Of a stretch of DNA of 64,000 nucleotides, positions 12,001 through 23,445 are shown one piece after another. Numbering within the stretch: the stretch's first letter is position 1; each line of letters opens with the position of its first letter. Below the pieces are notes generated by a model. It saw only the letters and a list, made by a program, of their open reading frames with translations. It had not been told where the DNA came from and did not search any database. The DNA comes from Eledone cirrhosa. Taxonomy: Eukaryota. The stretch lies in the NCBI GenBank assembly GCA_964016885.1, contig OZ024743.1, forward strand, positions 56,110,001-56,174,000. The letters are read 5' to 3'. A program made the translations under genes and the position numbers.

Positions 12001-15000
12001 TGTTGTTTTTTGGTGTCCTTGTGTTGTTGTTTTTGGTGTCCTTGGTGTTGTTGTTGTTGATGTCCTTGGTGTTGTTGTTGATGTCCTTGGTGTTGTTGTT
12101 GGTGTCCTTGGTGTTGTTGTTGGTGTCCTTGGTGTTGTTGTTGATGTCCTTGGTGTTGTTGATGTCCTTGGTGTTGTTGTTGGTGTCCTTGGTGTTGTTG
12201 ATGTCCTTCGTGTTGTTGTTGGTGTCCTTGGTGTTGTTGTTGGTGTCCTTGGTGTTGTTGATGTCCTTGGTGTTGTTGTTGGTGTCCTTGGTGTTGTTGT
12301 TGGTGTCCTTGGTGTTGTTGTTGATGTCCTTAGTGTTGTTGATGTCCTTGGTGTTGTTGTTGATGTCCTTGGTGTTGTTGATGTCCTTGGTGTTGTTGTT
12401 GGTGTCCTTGGTGTTGTTGTTGGTGTCCTTGGTGTTGTTGTTGATGTCCTTGGTGTTGTTGATGTCCTTGGTGTTGTTGTTGGTGTCCTTGGTGTTGTTG
12501 ATGTCCTTGGTGTTGTTGTTGGTGTCCTTGGTGTTGTTGTTGGTGTCCTTGGTGTTGTTGATGTCCTTGGTGTTGTTGTTGGTGTCCTTGGTGTTGTTGT
12601 TGATGTCCTTAGTGTTGTTGATGTCCTTGGTGTTGTTGTTGATGTCCTTGGTGTTGTTGATGTCCTTGGTGTTGTTGTTGGTGTCTTTGGTGTTGTTGTT
12701 GGTGTCCTTGGTGTTGTTTTTGGTGTCCTTGGTGTTGTTGTTGATGTCCTTGGTGTTGTTGTTGGTGTCCTTGGTGTTGTTGTTGGTGTCCTTGGTGTTG
12801 TTAATGTCCTTGGTGTTGTTGTTGATGTCCTTGGTGTTGTTGATGTCCTTGGTGTTGTTGATGTTGTTGGTGTTGTTGTTGGTGTCCTTGGTGTTGTTGA
12901 TGTCCTTGGTGTTGTTGTTGATGTCCTTGGTGTTGTTGTTGATGTCCTTGGTGTTGTTGTTGATGTCCTTGGTGTTGTTGTTTGTGTCCTTGGTATTGTT
13001 GTTGATGTCCTTGGTGTTGTTGTTGATGTCCTTGGTGTTGTTGATGTCCTTGGTGTTGTTGTTGGTGTCCTTGGTGTTGTTGTTGGTGTCCTTGGTGTTG
13101 TTGTTGGTGTCCTTGGTGTTGTTGTTAATGTCCTTGGTGTTGTTGTTGATGTCCTTGGTGTTGTTGTTGGTGTCCTTGGTGTTGTTGTTGGTGTCCTTGG
13201 TGTTGTTGATGGTGTCCTTGGTGTTGTTGTTCGTGTCCTTGTTGTTGTTGTTGGTGTCCTTGGTGTTGTTGATGTCCTTGGTGTTGTTGTTGGTGTCCTT
13301 GGTGTTGTTGTTGGTGTCCTTGGTGTTGTTTTTTGGTGTCCTTGTGTTGTTGTTTTTGGTGTCCTTGGTGTTGTTGTTGTTGATGTCCTTGGTGTTGTTG
13401 TTGATGTCCTTGGTGTTGTTGTTGGTGTCCTTGGTGTTGTTGTTGGTGTCCTTGGTGTTGTTGTTGATGTCCTTGGTGTTGTTGATGTCCTTGGTGTTGT
13501 TGTTGGTGTCCTTGGTGTTGTTGATGTCCTTGGTGTTGTTGTTGGTGTCCTTGGTGTTGTTGTTGGTGTCCTTGGTGTTGTTGATGTCCTTGGTGTTGTT
13601 GTTGGTGTCCTTGGTGTTGTTGTTGGTGTCCTTGGTGTTGTTGTTGATGTCCTTAGTGTTGTTGATGTCCTTGGTGTTGTTGTTGATGTCCTTGGTGTTG
13701 TTGATGTCCTTGGTGTTGTTGTTGGTGTCCTTGGTGTTGTTGTTGGTGTCCTTGGTGTTGTTGTTGATGTCCTTGGTGTTGTTGATGTCCTTGGTGTTGT
13801 TGTTGGTGTCCTTGGTGTTGTTGATGTCCTTGGTGTTGTTGTTGGTGTCCTTGGTGTTGTTGTTGGTGTCCTTGGTGTTGTTGATGTCCTTGGTGTTGTT
13901 GTTGGTGTCCTTGGTGTTGTTGTTGATGTCCTTAGTGTTGTTGATGTCCTTGGTGTTGTTGTTGATGTCCTTGGTGTTGTTGATGTCCTTGGTGTTGTTG
14001 TTGGTGTCTTTGGTGTTGTTGTTGGTGTCCTTGGTGTTGTTTTTGGTGTCCTTGGTGTTGTTGTTGATGTCCTTGGTGTTGTTGTTGGTGTCCTTGGTGT
14101 TGTTGTTGGTGTCCTTGGTGTTGTTAATGTCCTTGGTGTTGTTGTTGATGTCCTTGGTGTTGTTGATGTCCTTGGTGTTGTTGATGTTGTTGGTGTTGTT
14201 GTTGGTGTCCTTGGTGTTGTTGATGTCCTTGGTGTTGTTGTTGGTGTCCTTGGTGTTGTTGTTGATGTCCTTGGTGTTGTTGATGTCCTTGGTGTTGTTG
14301 TTGGTGTCCTTGGTGTTGTTGTTGATGTCCTTAGTGTTGTTGATGTCCTTGGTGTTGTTGTTGATGTCCTTGGTGTTGTTGATGTCCTTGGTGTTGTTGA
14401 TGTCCTTGGTGTTGTTGTTGGTGTCCTTGGTGTTGTTGTTGGTGTCCTTGGTGTTGTTGATGTCCTTGGTGTTGTTGTTGGTGTCCTTGGTGTTGTTGTT
14501 GGTGTCCTTGGTGTTGTTGTTGATGTCCTTAGTGTTGTTGATGTCCTTGGTGTTGTTGTTGATGTCCTTGGTGTTGTTGATGTCCTTGGTGTTGTTGTTG
14601 GTGTCTTTGGTGTTGTTGTTGGTGTCCTTGGTGTTGTTTTTGGTGTCCTTGGTGTTGTTGTTGATGTCCTTGGTGTTGTTGATGTCCTTGGTATTGTTGT
14701 TGGTGTCCTTGGTGTTGTTGTTGGTGTCCTTGGTGTTGTTTTTGGTGTCCTTGGTGTTGTTGTTTTTGGTGTCCTTGGTGTTGTTGTTTTTGGTGTCCTT
14801 GGTGTTGTTGTTGATGTCCTTGGTGTTGTTGTTGGTGTCCTTGGTATTGTTGTTGGTGTCCTTGGTGTTGTTGTTGATGTCCTTGGTGTTGTTGATGTCC
14901 TTGGTGTTGTTGTTGGTGTCTTTGGTGTTGTTGTTGGTGTCCTTGGTGTTGTTTTTGGTGTCCTTGGTGTTGTTGTTTTTGGTGTCCTTGGTGTTGTTGT

Positions 15001-18000
15001 TGATGTCCTTGGTGTTGTTGTTGGTGTCCTTGGTGTTGTTGTTGGTGTCCTTGGTGTTGTTGTTGATGTCCTTGGTGTTGTTGATGTCCTTGGTGTTGTT
15101 GTTGGTGTCCTTGGTGTTGTTGATGTCCTTGGTGTTGTTGTTGGTGTCCTTGGTGTTGTTGTTGGTGTCCTTGGTGTTGTTGATGTCCTTGGTGTTGTTG
15201 TTGGTGTCCTTGGTGTTGTTGTTGATGTCCTTAGTGTTGTTGATGTCCTTGGTGTTGTTGTTGATGTCCTTGGTGTTGTTGATGTCCTTGGTGTTGTTGT
15301 TGGTGTCTTTGGTGTTGTTGTTGGTGTCCTTGGTGTTGTTTTTGGTGTCCTTGGTGTTGTTGTTGATGTCCTTGGTGTTGTTGTTGGTGTCCTTGGTGTT
15401 GTTGTTGGTGTCCTTGGTGTTGTTAATGTCCTTGGTGTTGTTGTTGATGTCCTTGGTGTTGTTGATGTCCTTGGTGTTGTTGATGTTGATGGTGTTGTTG
15501 TTGGTGTCCTTGGTGTTGTTGATGTCCTTGGTGTTGTTGTTGGTGTCCTTGGTGTTGTTGTTGGTGTCCTTGGTGTTGTTGATGTCCTTGGTGTTGTTGT
15601 TGGTGTCCTTGGTGTTGTTGTTGATGTCCTTAGTGTTGTTGATGTCCTTGGTGTTGTTGTTGATGTCCTTGGTGTTGTTGATGTCCTTGGTGTTGTTGTT
15701 GGTGTCTTTGGTGTTGTTGTTGGTGTCCTTGGTGTTGTTTTTGGTGTCCTTGGTGTTGTTGTTGGTGTCCTTGGTGTTGTTGTTGATGTCCTTAGTGTTG
15801 TTGATGTCCTTGGTGTTGTTGTTGATGTCCTTGGTGTTGTTGATGTCCTTGGTGTTGTTGTTGGTGTCTTTGGTGTTGTTGTTGGTGTCCTTGGTGTTGT
15901 TTTTGGTGTCCTTGGTGTTGTTGTTGATGTCCTTGGTGTTGTTGATGTCCTTGGTATTGTTGTTGGTGTCCTTGGTGTTGTTGTTGGTGTCCTTGGTGTT
16001 GTTTTTGGTGTCCTTGGTGTTGTTGTTTTTGGTGTCCTTGGTGTTGTTGTTTTTGGTGTCCTTGGTGTTGTTGTTGATGTCCTTGGTGTTGTTGTTGGTG
16101 TCCTTGGTGTTGTTGTTGGTGTCCTTGGTGTTGTTGTTGATGTCCTTGGTGTTGTTGATGTCCTTGGTGTTGTTGTTGGTGTCCTTGGTGTTGTTGATGT
16201 CCTTGGTGTTGTTGTTGGTGTCCTTGGTGTTGTTGTTGGTGTCCTTGGTGTTGTTGATGTCCTTGGTGTTGTTGTTGGTGTCCTTGGTGTTGTTGTTGAT
16301 GTCCTTAGTGTTGTTGATGTCCTTGGTGTTGTTGTTGATGTCCTTGGTGTTGTTGATGTCCTTGGTGTTGTTGTTGGTGTCTTTGGTGTTGTTGTTGGTG
16401 TCCTTGGTGTTGTTTTTGGTGTCCTTGGTGTTGTTGTTGATGTCCTTGGTGTTGTTGTTGGTGTCCTTGGTGTTGTTGTTGGTGTCCTTGGTGTTGTTAA
16501 TGTCCTTGGTGTTGTTGTTGATGTCCTTGGTGTTGTTGATGTCCTTGGTGTTGTTGATGTTGATGGTGTTGTTGTTGGTGTCCTTGGTGTTGTTGATGTC
16601 CTTGGTGTTGTTGTTGGTGTCCTTGGTGTTGTTGTTGGTGTCCTTGGTGTTGTTGATGTCCTTGGTGTTGTTGTTGGTGTCCTTGGTGTTGTTGTTGATG
16701 TCCTTAGTGTTGTTGATGTCCTTGGTGTTGTTGTTGATGTCCTTGGTGTTGTTGATGTCCTTGGTGTTGTTGTTGGTGTCTTTGGTGTTGTTGTTGGTGT
16801 CCTTGGTGTTGTTTTTGGTGTCCTTGGTGTTGTTGTTGGTGTCCTTGGTGTTGTTGTTGATGTCCTTAGTGTTGTTGATGTCCTTGGTGTTGTTGTTGAT
16901 GTCCTTGGTGTTGTTGATGTCCTTGGTGTTGTTGTTGGTGTCTTTGGTGTTGTTGTTGGTGTCCTTGGTGTTGTTTTTGGTGTCCTTGGTGTTGTTGTTG
17001 ATGTCCTTGGTGTTGTTGATGTCCTTGGTATTGTTGTTGGTGTCCTTGGTGTTGTTGTTGGTGTCCTTGGTGTTGTTTTTGGTGTCCTTGGTGTTGTTGT
17101 TTTTGGTGTCCTTGGTGTTGTTGTTTTTGGTGTCCTTGGTGTTGTTGTTGATGTCCTTGGTGTTGTTGTTGGTGTCCTTGGTATTGTTGTTGGTGTCCTT
17201 GGTGCTGTTGTTGATGTCCTTGGTGTTGTTGATGTCCTTGGTGTTGTTGTTGGTGTCTTTGGTGTTGTTGTTGGTGTCCTTGGTGTTGTTTTTGGTGTCC
17301 TTGGTGTTGTTGTTTTTGGTGTCCTTGGTGTTGTTGTTGATGTCCTTGGTGTTGTTGTTGGTGTCCTTGGTGTTGTTGTTGGTGTCCTTGGTGTTGTTGT
17401 TGATGTCCTTGGTGTTGTTGATGTCCTTGGTGTTGTTGTTGGTGTCCTTGGTGTTGTTGATGTCCTTGGTGTTGTTGTTGGTGTCCTTGGTGTTGTTGTT
17501 GGTGTCCTTGCTGTTGTTGATGTCCTTGGTGTTGTTGTTGGTGTCCTTGGTGTTGTTGTTGATGTCCTTAGTGTTGTTGATGTCCTTGGTGTTGTTGTTG
17601 ATGTCCTTGGTGTTGTTGATGTCCTTGGTGTTGTTGTTGGTGTCTTTGGTGTTGTTGTTGGTGTCCTTGGTGTTGTTTTTGGTGTCCTTGGTGTTGTTGT
17701 TGATGTCCTTGGTGTTGTTGTTGGTGTCCTTGGTGTTGTTGTTGGTGTCCTTGGTGTTGTTAATGTCCTTGGTGTTGTTGTTGATGTCCTTGGTGTTGTT
17801 GATGTCCTTGGTGTTGTTGATGTCCTTGGTGTTGTTGTTGGTGTCCTTGGTGTTGTTGGTGTCCTTGGTGTTGTTGTTGGTGTCCTTGGTGTTGTTGTTG
17901 GTGTCCTTGGTGTTGTTGATGTCCTTGGTGTTGTTGTTGGTGTCCTTGGTGTTGTTGTTGATGTCCTTAGTGTTGTTGATGTCCTTGGTGTTGTTGTTGA

Positions 18001-19345
18001 TGTCCTTGGTGTTGTTGATGTCCTTGGTGTTGTTGTTGGTGTCTTTGGTGTTGTTGTTGGTGTCCTTGGTGTTGTTTTTGGTGTCCTTGGTGTTGTTGTT
18101 TTTGGTGTCCTTGGTGTTGTTGTTTTTGGTGTCCTTGGTGTTGTTGTTGGTGTCCTTGGTGTTGTTGTTGGTGTCCTTGGTGTTGTTGATGTCCTTGGTG
18201 TTGTTGTTGGTGTCCTTGGTGTTGTTGTTGATGTCCTTAGTGTTGTTGATGTCCTTGGTGTTGTTGTTGATGTCCTTGGTGTTGTTGATGTCTTTGGTGT
18301 TGTTGTTGGTGTCTTTGGTGTTGTTGTTGGTGTCCTTGGTGTTGTTTTTGGTGTCCTTGGTGTTGTTGTTGATGTCCTTGGTGTTGTTGTTGGTGTCCTT
18401 GGTGTTGTTGTTGGTGTCCCTGGTGTTGTTAATGTCCTTGGTGTTGTTGTTGATGTCCTTGGTGCTGTTGATGTCCTTGGTGTTGTTGATGTCCTTGGTG
18501 TTGTTGTTGGTGTCCTTGGTGTTGTTGATGTCCTTGGTGTTGTTGTTGGTGTCCTTGGTGTTGTTGTTGGTGTCCTTGGTGTTGTTGATGTCCTTGGTGT
18601 TGTTGTTGGTGTCCTTGGTGTTGTTGTTGATGTCCTTAGTGTTGTTGATGTCCTTGGTGTTGTTGTTGATGTCCTTGGTGTTGTTGATGTCCTTGGTGTT
18701 GTTGTTGGTGTCTTTGGTGTTGTTGTTGGTGTCCTTGGTGTTGTTTTTGGTGTCCTTGGTGTTGTTGTTTTTGGTGTCCTTGGTGTTGTTGTTGGTGTTC
18801 TTGGTGTTGTTGTTGATGTCCTTAGTGTTGTTGATGTCCTTGGTGTTGTTGTTGATGTCCTTGGTGTTGTTGATGTTCTTGTTGTTGTTGTTGGTGTCTT
18901 TGGTGTTGTTGTTGGTGTCCTTGGTGTTTTTTGGTGTCCTTGGTGTTGTTGTTTTTGGTGTCCTTGGTGTTGTTGTTTTTGGTGTCCTTGGTGTTGTTGT
19001 TGATGTTCTTGGTGTTGTTGTTGGTGTCCTTGGTGTTGTTGTTGGTGTCCTTGGTGTTGTTGTTGGTGTCCTTGGTGTTGTTGATGGTGTCCTTGGTGTT
19101 GTTGTTGATGTCCTTGATGTTGTTGATGTCCTTGGTGTTGTTGATGTCCTTGGTGTTGTTGTTGGTGTCCTTGGTGTTGTTGTTGGTGTCCTTGGTGTTG
19201 TTGTTGGTGTCCTTGGTGTTGTTGATGGTGTCCTTGGTGTTGTTGTTGATGTCCTTGGTGTTGTTGATGTCCTTGGTGTTGTTGATGTCCTTGGTGTTGT
19301 TGTTGGTGTCCTTGGTGTTGTTGATGGTGTCTTTGGTGTTGTTGC
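1..19345. repeat. Giant minisatellite, unit GGT(GTT)2-4 G[A/G]T GTC CTT (18/21/24 bp), continues beyond left edge
   Basis: Unit visible throughout. Left ~11 kb is variant-rich and the right part is homogeneous. It generates all the VDVLG/LLMSLV/KDINNNT/PRTSTTT/GHQQQHQ ORFs. Confidence 0.98.
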
Positions 19346-19530
19346 TGATGAGCTTGTTGACGTTGATGCTGCTTTTTACGTTATTGCTGTTGTTGGTGAT
19401 GCTGATATTGATGTAGATGTTGATGATGATGATGTTAATGATGTTGTTTACGGTATTTTTGTTACTATTGTTGTCGTTATCATTTTTGTTGTTGCTGCTG
19501 TTGTTGCTGTTGCTGCTGCTGATGTCCTCG
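19346..19530. repeat. Degenerate (GTT/GAT/GCT)n trinucleotide tract at the array edge
   Basis: Array grades in triplet phase into gttgctgatgag...gctgctgctgatgtcctc. Confidence 0.85.
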
Positions 19531-20047
19531 TTCATATCTATAGTTCACTAATGCTAAATGAAACGCTGTACCTGAAAATATCTGTCCCAAACTTAACTTA
19601 AATTCCTGGGTCATCCATCACTTCATGCTAGCAACTCGCCGACCCATCCATCCAGCCAACCGGCCAGTCGACCTGCCACCCATCCAGCATACATCCCTTC
19701 CCCCTTCTCCCCACCCCCCGTAAAAGATCTGGAAAGTCCATCCATCATAATGAACATAGTTGTTACTTAAATTAATGAGATGTGCATCTTGAGAATGACA
19801 GCCACTCGTTGGAAATGCTTAGCACGTGCAAATGTTAAACACTGCCACCATTTACTGTTGCTGCTGTTGTTGCTGCTGATGATGATGATGTTGTTGCTGC
19901 TGCTACTGCTGCTGTTTTTCTTACTGATATTTACAATCATATGTATTCTACCAATTTATCTATCTCATCGCCTGTATGCCTTTCTGCCTGTTTGCCTGTC
20001 TACCCAACCCCGCAATTCGAATTTTCAAATGCCTTGCCAGCTCTGTC

Positions 20048-20065
20048 ACTCTCTCTCTCTCTCTA

Positions 20066-20146
<81 letters not shown>

Positions 20147-20177
20147 TTTTCTCTCTCTCTCTCTCTCTCTCTCGCTT

Positions 20178-20222
<45 letters not shown>

Positions 20223-20292
20223 ATCTCTCTCTTTCTCTTTCTCTTTCTCTTTCTCTTTCTCTTTCTTTTTCTCTCCCTCTTCCTTCCTCTCT
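20048..20292. repeat. (CT)n / (CTTTCT)n microsatellite
   Basis: Direct reading. Confidence 0.97.
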
Positions 20293-20377
20293 TACACACA
20301 CCCACAAATACATGTGTTTGTGTAGTTTAAGAATGAACGAGATAAACACTAATGCAAAGACATCATATTATTCACGC

Positions 20378-20651
<274 letters not shown>

Positions 20652-20753
20652 TCCAGGGAGAGTGTAACGTGAAGTTACTGTAGGTTCACCCAGGTGAGCA
20701 CTCGATGTTTAGGTTCACGTCGGTAACGAGGTGTAGAGCTAAACAGAGTGTGA

Positions 20754-20992
20754 ATATAATACAAGGACGATTTGTTAGGCCTTCATTACGTTCATTGATT
20801 AGTAACGCGCGTTTCAGATCGATCTGGCCCGACTCTGGAACAAAAAGATCGACGGACTTCTGCTGTTTAAAGACAGGGGCCCGACGAGCTTTTGATTCTA
20901 GAGTCGGACCAGATCGATACAGATCGATAGCGAAACGCGCGTCACCAACCAATAAGCGTAATGAAGGCTTAACAAATCGTCCTTGTATTATA
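20754..20992. mobile_element. ~240-bp imperfect palindrome; each arm contains a degenerate type I hammerhead
   Basis: ATATAATACAAGGACGATTTGTTA at the left end mirrors TAACAAATCGTCCTTGTATTATAT at the right. The + arm reads CCGACGA-GCT...AGC-GAAA-CGCGCG-TC (20881-20943). Confidence 0.7.
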
Positions 20993-21011
20993 TATATATA
21001 TATATATATAT

Positions 21012-21149
21012 AGGAAAAGAGTCAGGACCCCGAAGGCTGAGCTTCGGCCGTTTCGACAGCTAGATCCGAACTTGGATCTAGCTGTCGAAAGTATCGGGTA
21101 CGCTGGTGCGTTATAGTCCACCTGGTTCCTTACCACACTTTCTTTGTTA
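21012..21149. mobile_element. Short hairpin-containing repeat, family also at 33773-33974 and 50095-50250
   Basis: TTTCGACAGCTAGATCC-gaactt-GGATCTAGCTGTCGAAA perfect stem; flanking segments are shared by all three copies. Confidence 0.7.
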
Positions 21150-21495
21150 TCATCATCATCATCATTTCATTTTACGTCCGCTTTTTCCCTGCTTGCAAGG
21201 GTGAGACGGGAACTGATACTGGCTTGATTTCTACAGCTGGATGCCCTTCCTAACACCAACCTAATTTACAGTGAGTGCTGAGTGCTTTTTTTGCCGTGGC
21301 ACCTCCACGACCACTTTGCAGTGGAATGATATGGACCCTAGTCCCTATCATCTCATTTCTACAGCTGAGTAAACTGGAGCAATGTGAAATAAAGCATCTT
21401 GCTCAAGGAAACAACACATCACCCGGTCTGAGAATTGAACTCAGAACCTTTTGATTGCAACGCCAATGCTCTAACCACTAAGCCATGTGCCTCCA
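21150..21495 (-). mobile_element. tRNA-derived CORE-type SINE with RTE-LINE-derived 3' tail ending in (GAT)n
   Basis: Minus strand: TGGCTTAGTGG (A box), AGTTCAATTCT (B-box-like), CCTTGAGCAAGATGCTTT...CTCAGCTGTAGAAATG (CORE-like). The tail matches 53745-54001. Confidence 0.75.
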
Positions 21496-22055
21496 TATAT
21501 ATAATATATATGAATCAGGAGTCAATATATCAAATTCAAAAACGGAGTTAAAGACTCAAATATATATATACATATATTCTATTTTCTCCTAGTTTATTTT
21601 AAACCTAATTCTGCTTAGTTGACTGTATCTAGGCGATTACGCTGTCGAAATATTCGATAAATATTCCACTACGGCCGACGCGAAGCGCTAGTTTTGGTTA
21701 TTTGTTGGAGATTCCTTCATAGAAGCCTCATTCGTATAGCCTGGTCTATTCGATTTTTTATATAGTTAATTATGCTAATTGTGAGAGGAAATAGTATATA
21801 TTTTATCTTGTGATTCTATAGACATGTTTTATGATATATATATATATATATATATATATCAGATCAGAGCAAACAGCACGGACACTCTATCTCAAAATTA
21901 TTTTTGAAAAGCATTTAGAAATGCGCAACCGGTAAAAACTTAAAAACTTAAAACCACAACTGAATACTAACCCATACAATCACTAATACTATTTTATTCC
22001 TAATTAAACCATTTTTCAACTGTGAACAATTTGTCAGCATTTTCTATTCCGTTTA

Positions 22056-22092
<37 letters not shown>

Positions 22093-22206
22093 GTTATTCT
22101 GGGTTGAATCGGAGGTAACCACAGTAAGTAAGGTACTTAATACATTACAGAGTATAAAAGTTTTAATATAGATGAGATTCTACAGGACTAGTCCTGTAGA
22201 ATCTCA

Positions 22207-22248
<42 letters not shown>

Positions 22249-22251
<3 letters not shown>

Positions 22252-22515
22252 CACCGTATTTTTTACTAAGAAAATTTTAGTCTGATAATGGGGTTTAGAA
22301 CCCTCAGATAAATGGAAAAAGATGAGTATTTACGTACATGGGAGTCGAACCCACATCTTTGGTTATCCAGACCACTGTGCTACCATTACATCAACACATC
22401 ACCCATCTCCTTCCATTCAAATTAGAAGCTACGTCAATACTCATCTTTTTCCATTTATCTGAGGGTTCTAAACCCCATTATCAGACTAAAATTTCTAGTC
22501 AAAAATACGTTGAAA
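22249..22515 (-). mobile_element. tRNA-like head enclosed by ~87-bp inverted repeats
   Basis: Arms 22249-22336 and 22430-22515. The loop has minus-strand TGATGTAATGG (A box, 22383-22393) and GGTTCGACTCC (B box, 22341-22351). Confidence 0.7.
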
Positions 22516-22579
22516 GCTATTCTATTTTCTAATTTCAAACCTGCTCACTGTTTCAAAACATACTTACTTGTCATTTAAG

Positions 22580-22890
22580 ATCTCGGCAGGATTTGAACTC
22601 AGAACATAAAGGGTCGTATCTCTATGCTGCAAAGCATGGCGTCCGACTCTCAACCGATGCTGCCAATTCGCCGCTCTAAAGCTTCTATTAATAATGGTTC
22701 CTTATTTAGGCACAAGGACAACAATTTTAGGGAAGGGGAAAGTCGATGAAATCGACTCCAATGCATTTCTTGTACTTTACTTTATCGACCTCGGTGGGAT
22801 TTGAACTCAGTGCATAAGGGCCGTAACTCTATGCCGCAACGCATATTGTCCGACGCTCTACCGACACTGCCAATCCACCGCTCTTAAAGC
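22580..22890 (-). mobile_element. Two adjacent fragments of a tRNA-derived SINE (GGTCGATAAA..AAGTAC central motif)
   Basis: GGATTTGAACTC B-box complement occurs twice; the same family is seen at 29965-30050, 49095-49220 and 55345-55470. Confidence 0.65.
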
Positions 22891-23394
22891 TTCTAGTAAT
22901 AATGACTCTGGACCTTTAACTAGGAACCTCTCTCCAACCATCACCAACCTCTCTCTAACCATCATATACTTCTCCAAAAATAGTCAACTTTTCATCATTG
23001 CCGTACTCGAACTGATTTTAGGGGGAGGGGGGATTTTTTAGATTTAGCAACTTGGTTTTTGAAACTTTCGCGTTTTTGAAACTTTCGCATTTTATAAATT
23101 GTTGCCATAATGAGTGTTTTAATCTAATACATTGTTATTCTGTGTGAAATATTAATATGAATCCCTTTAATAAACTCTGGGGAGACCGGAGCTGAATTGC
23201 AAACTAAGGGTTAAATTATAAAATTATAACGCAGTGGTTGTAATTCTGCGCCGGCAGAAACATTTGACAGTTAAATCTTGGGTGTTTTTAAACTTAATGT
23301 ATAACAGCTCTGCGTGATCCCCCCCCCCCCCATTGAGCTTTAAATCAACCGATAAATGAGTTTAACTATCCCATAACTATAATATTAATACAAC

Positions 23395-23444
<50 letters not shown>

Positions 23445-23445
<1 letters not shown>

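Noticed and set aside
5805-18930. Many array variants are synonymous in the KDINNNT frame (AAC>AAT, ACC>ACT, ATC>ATT, AAG>AAA)
   Set aside because: Nearly all C/G bases of the unit fall at third positions in that frame, so ordinary transitions look synonymous without selection.
2-19601. Huge Val/Leu-rich plus-strand ORFs (up to 4334 aa)
   Set aside because: Translations of the minisatellite; the codons used are mostly more than one step from a stop and the products are implausibly hydrophobic.
22167-22212. Small perfect palindromes (also 24191-24222 and 51541-51601)
   Set aside because: Too short to assign; consistent with the general fold-back pattern but uninformative alone.
22338-22400. 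Functional tRNA gene (also 21420-21495 and 24870-24945)
   Set aside because: A and B boxes are present but no acceptor or anticodon stem closes a cloverleaf; these are SINE heads.
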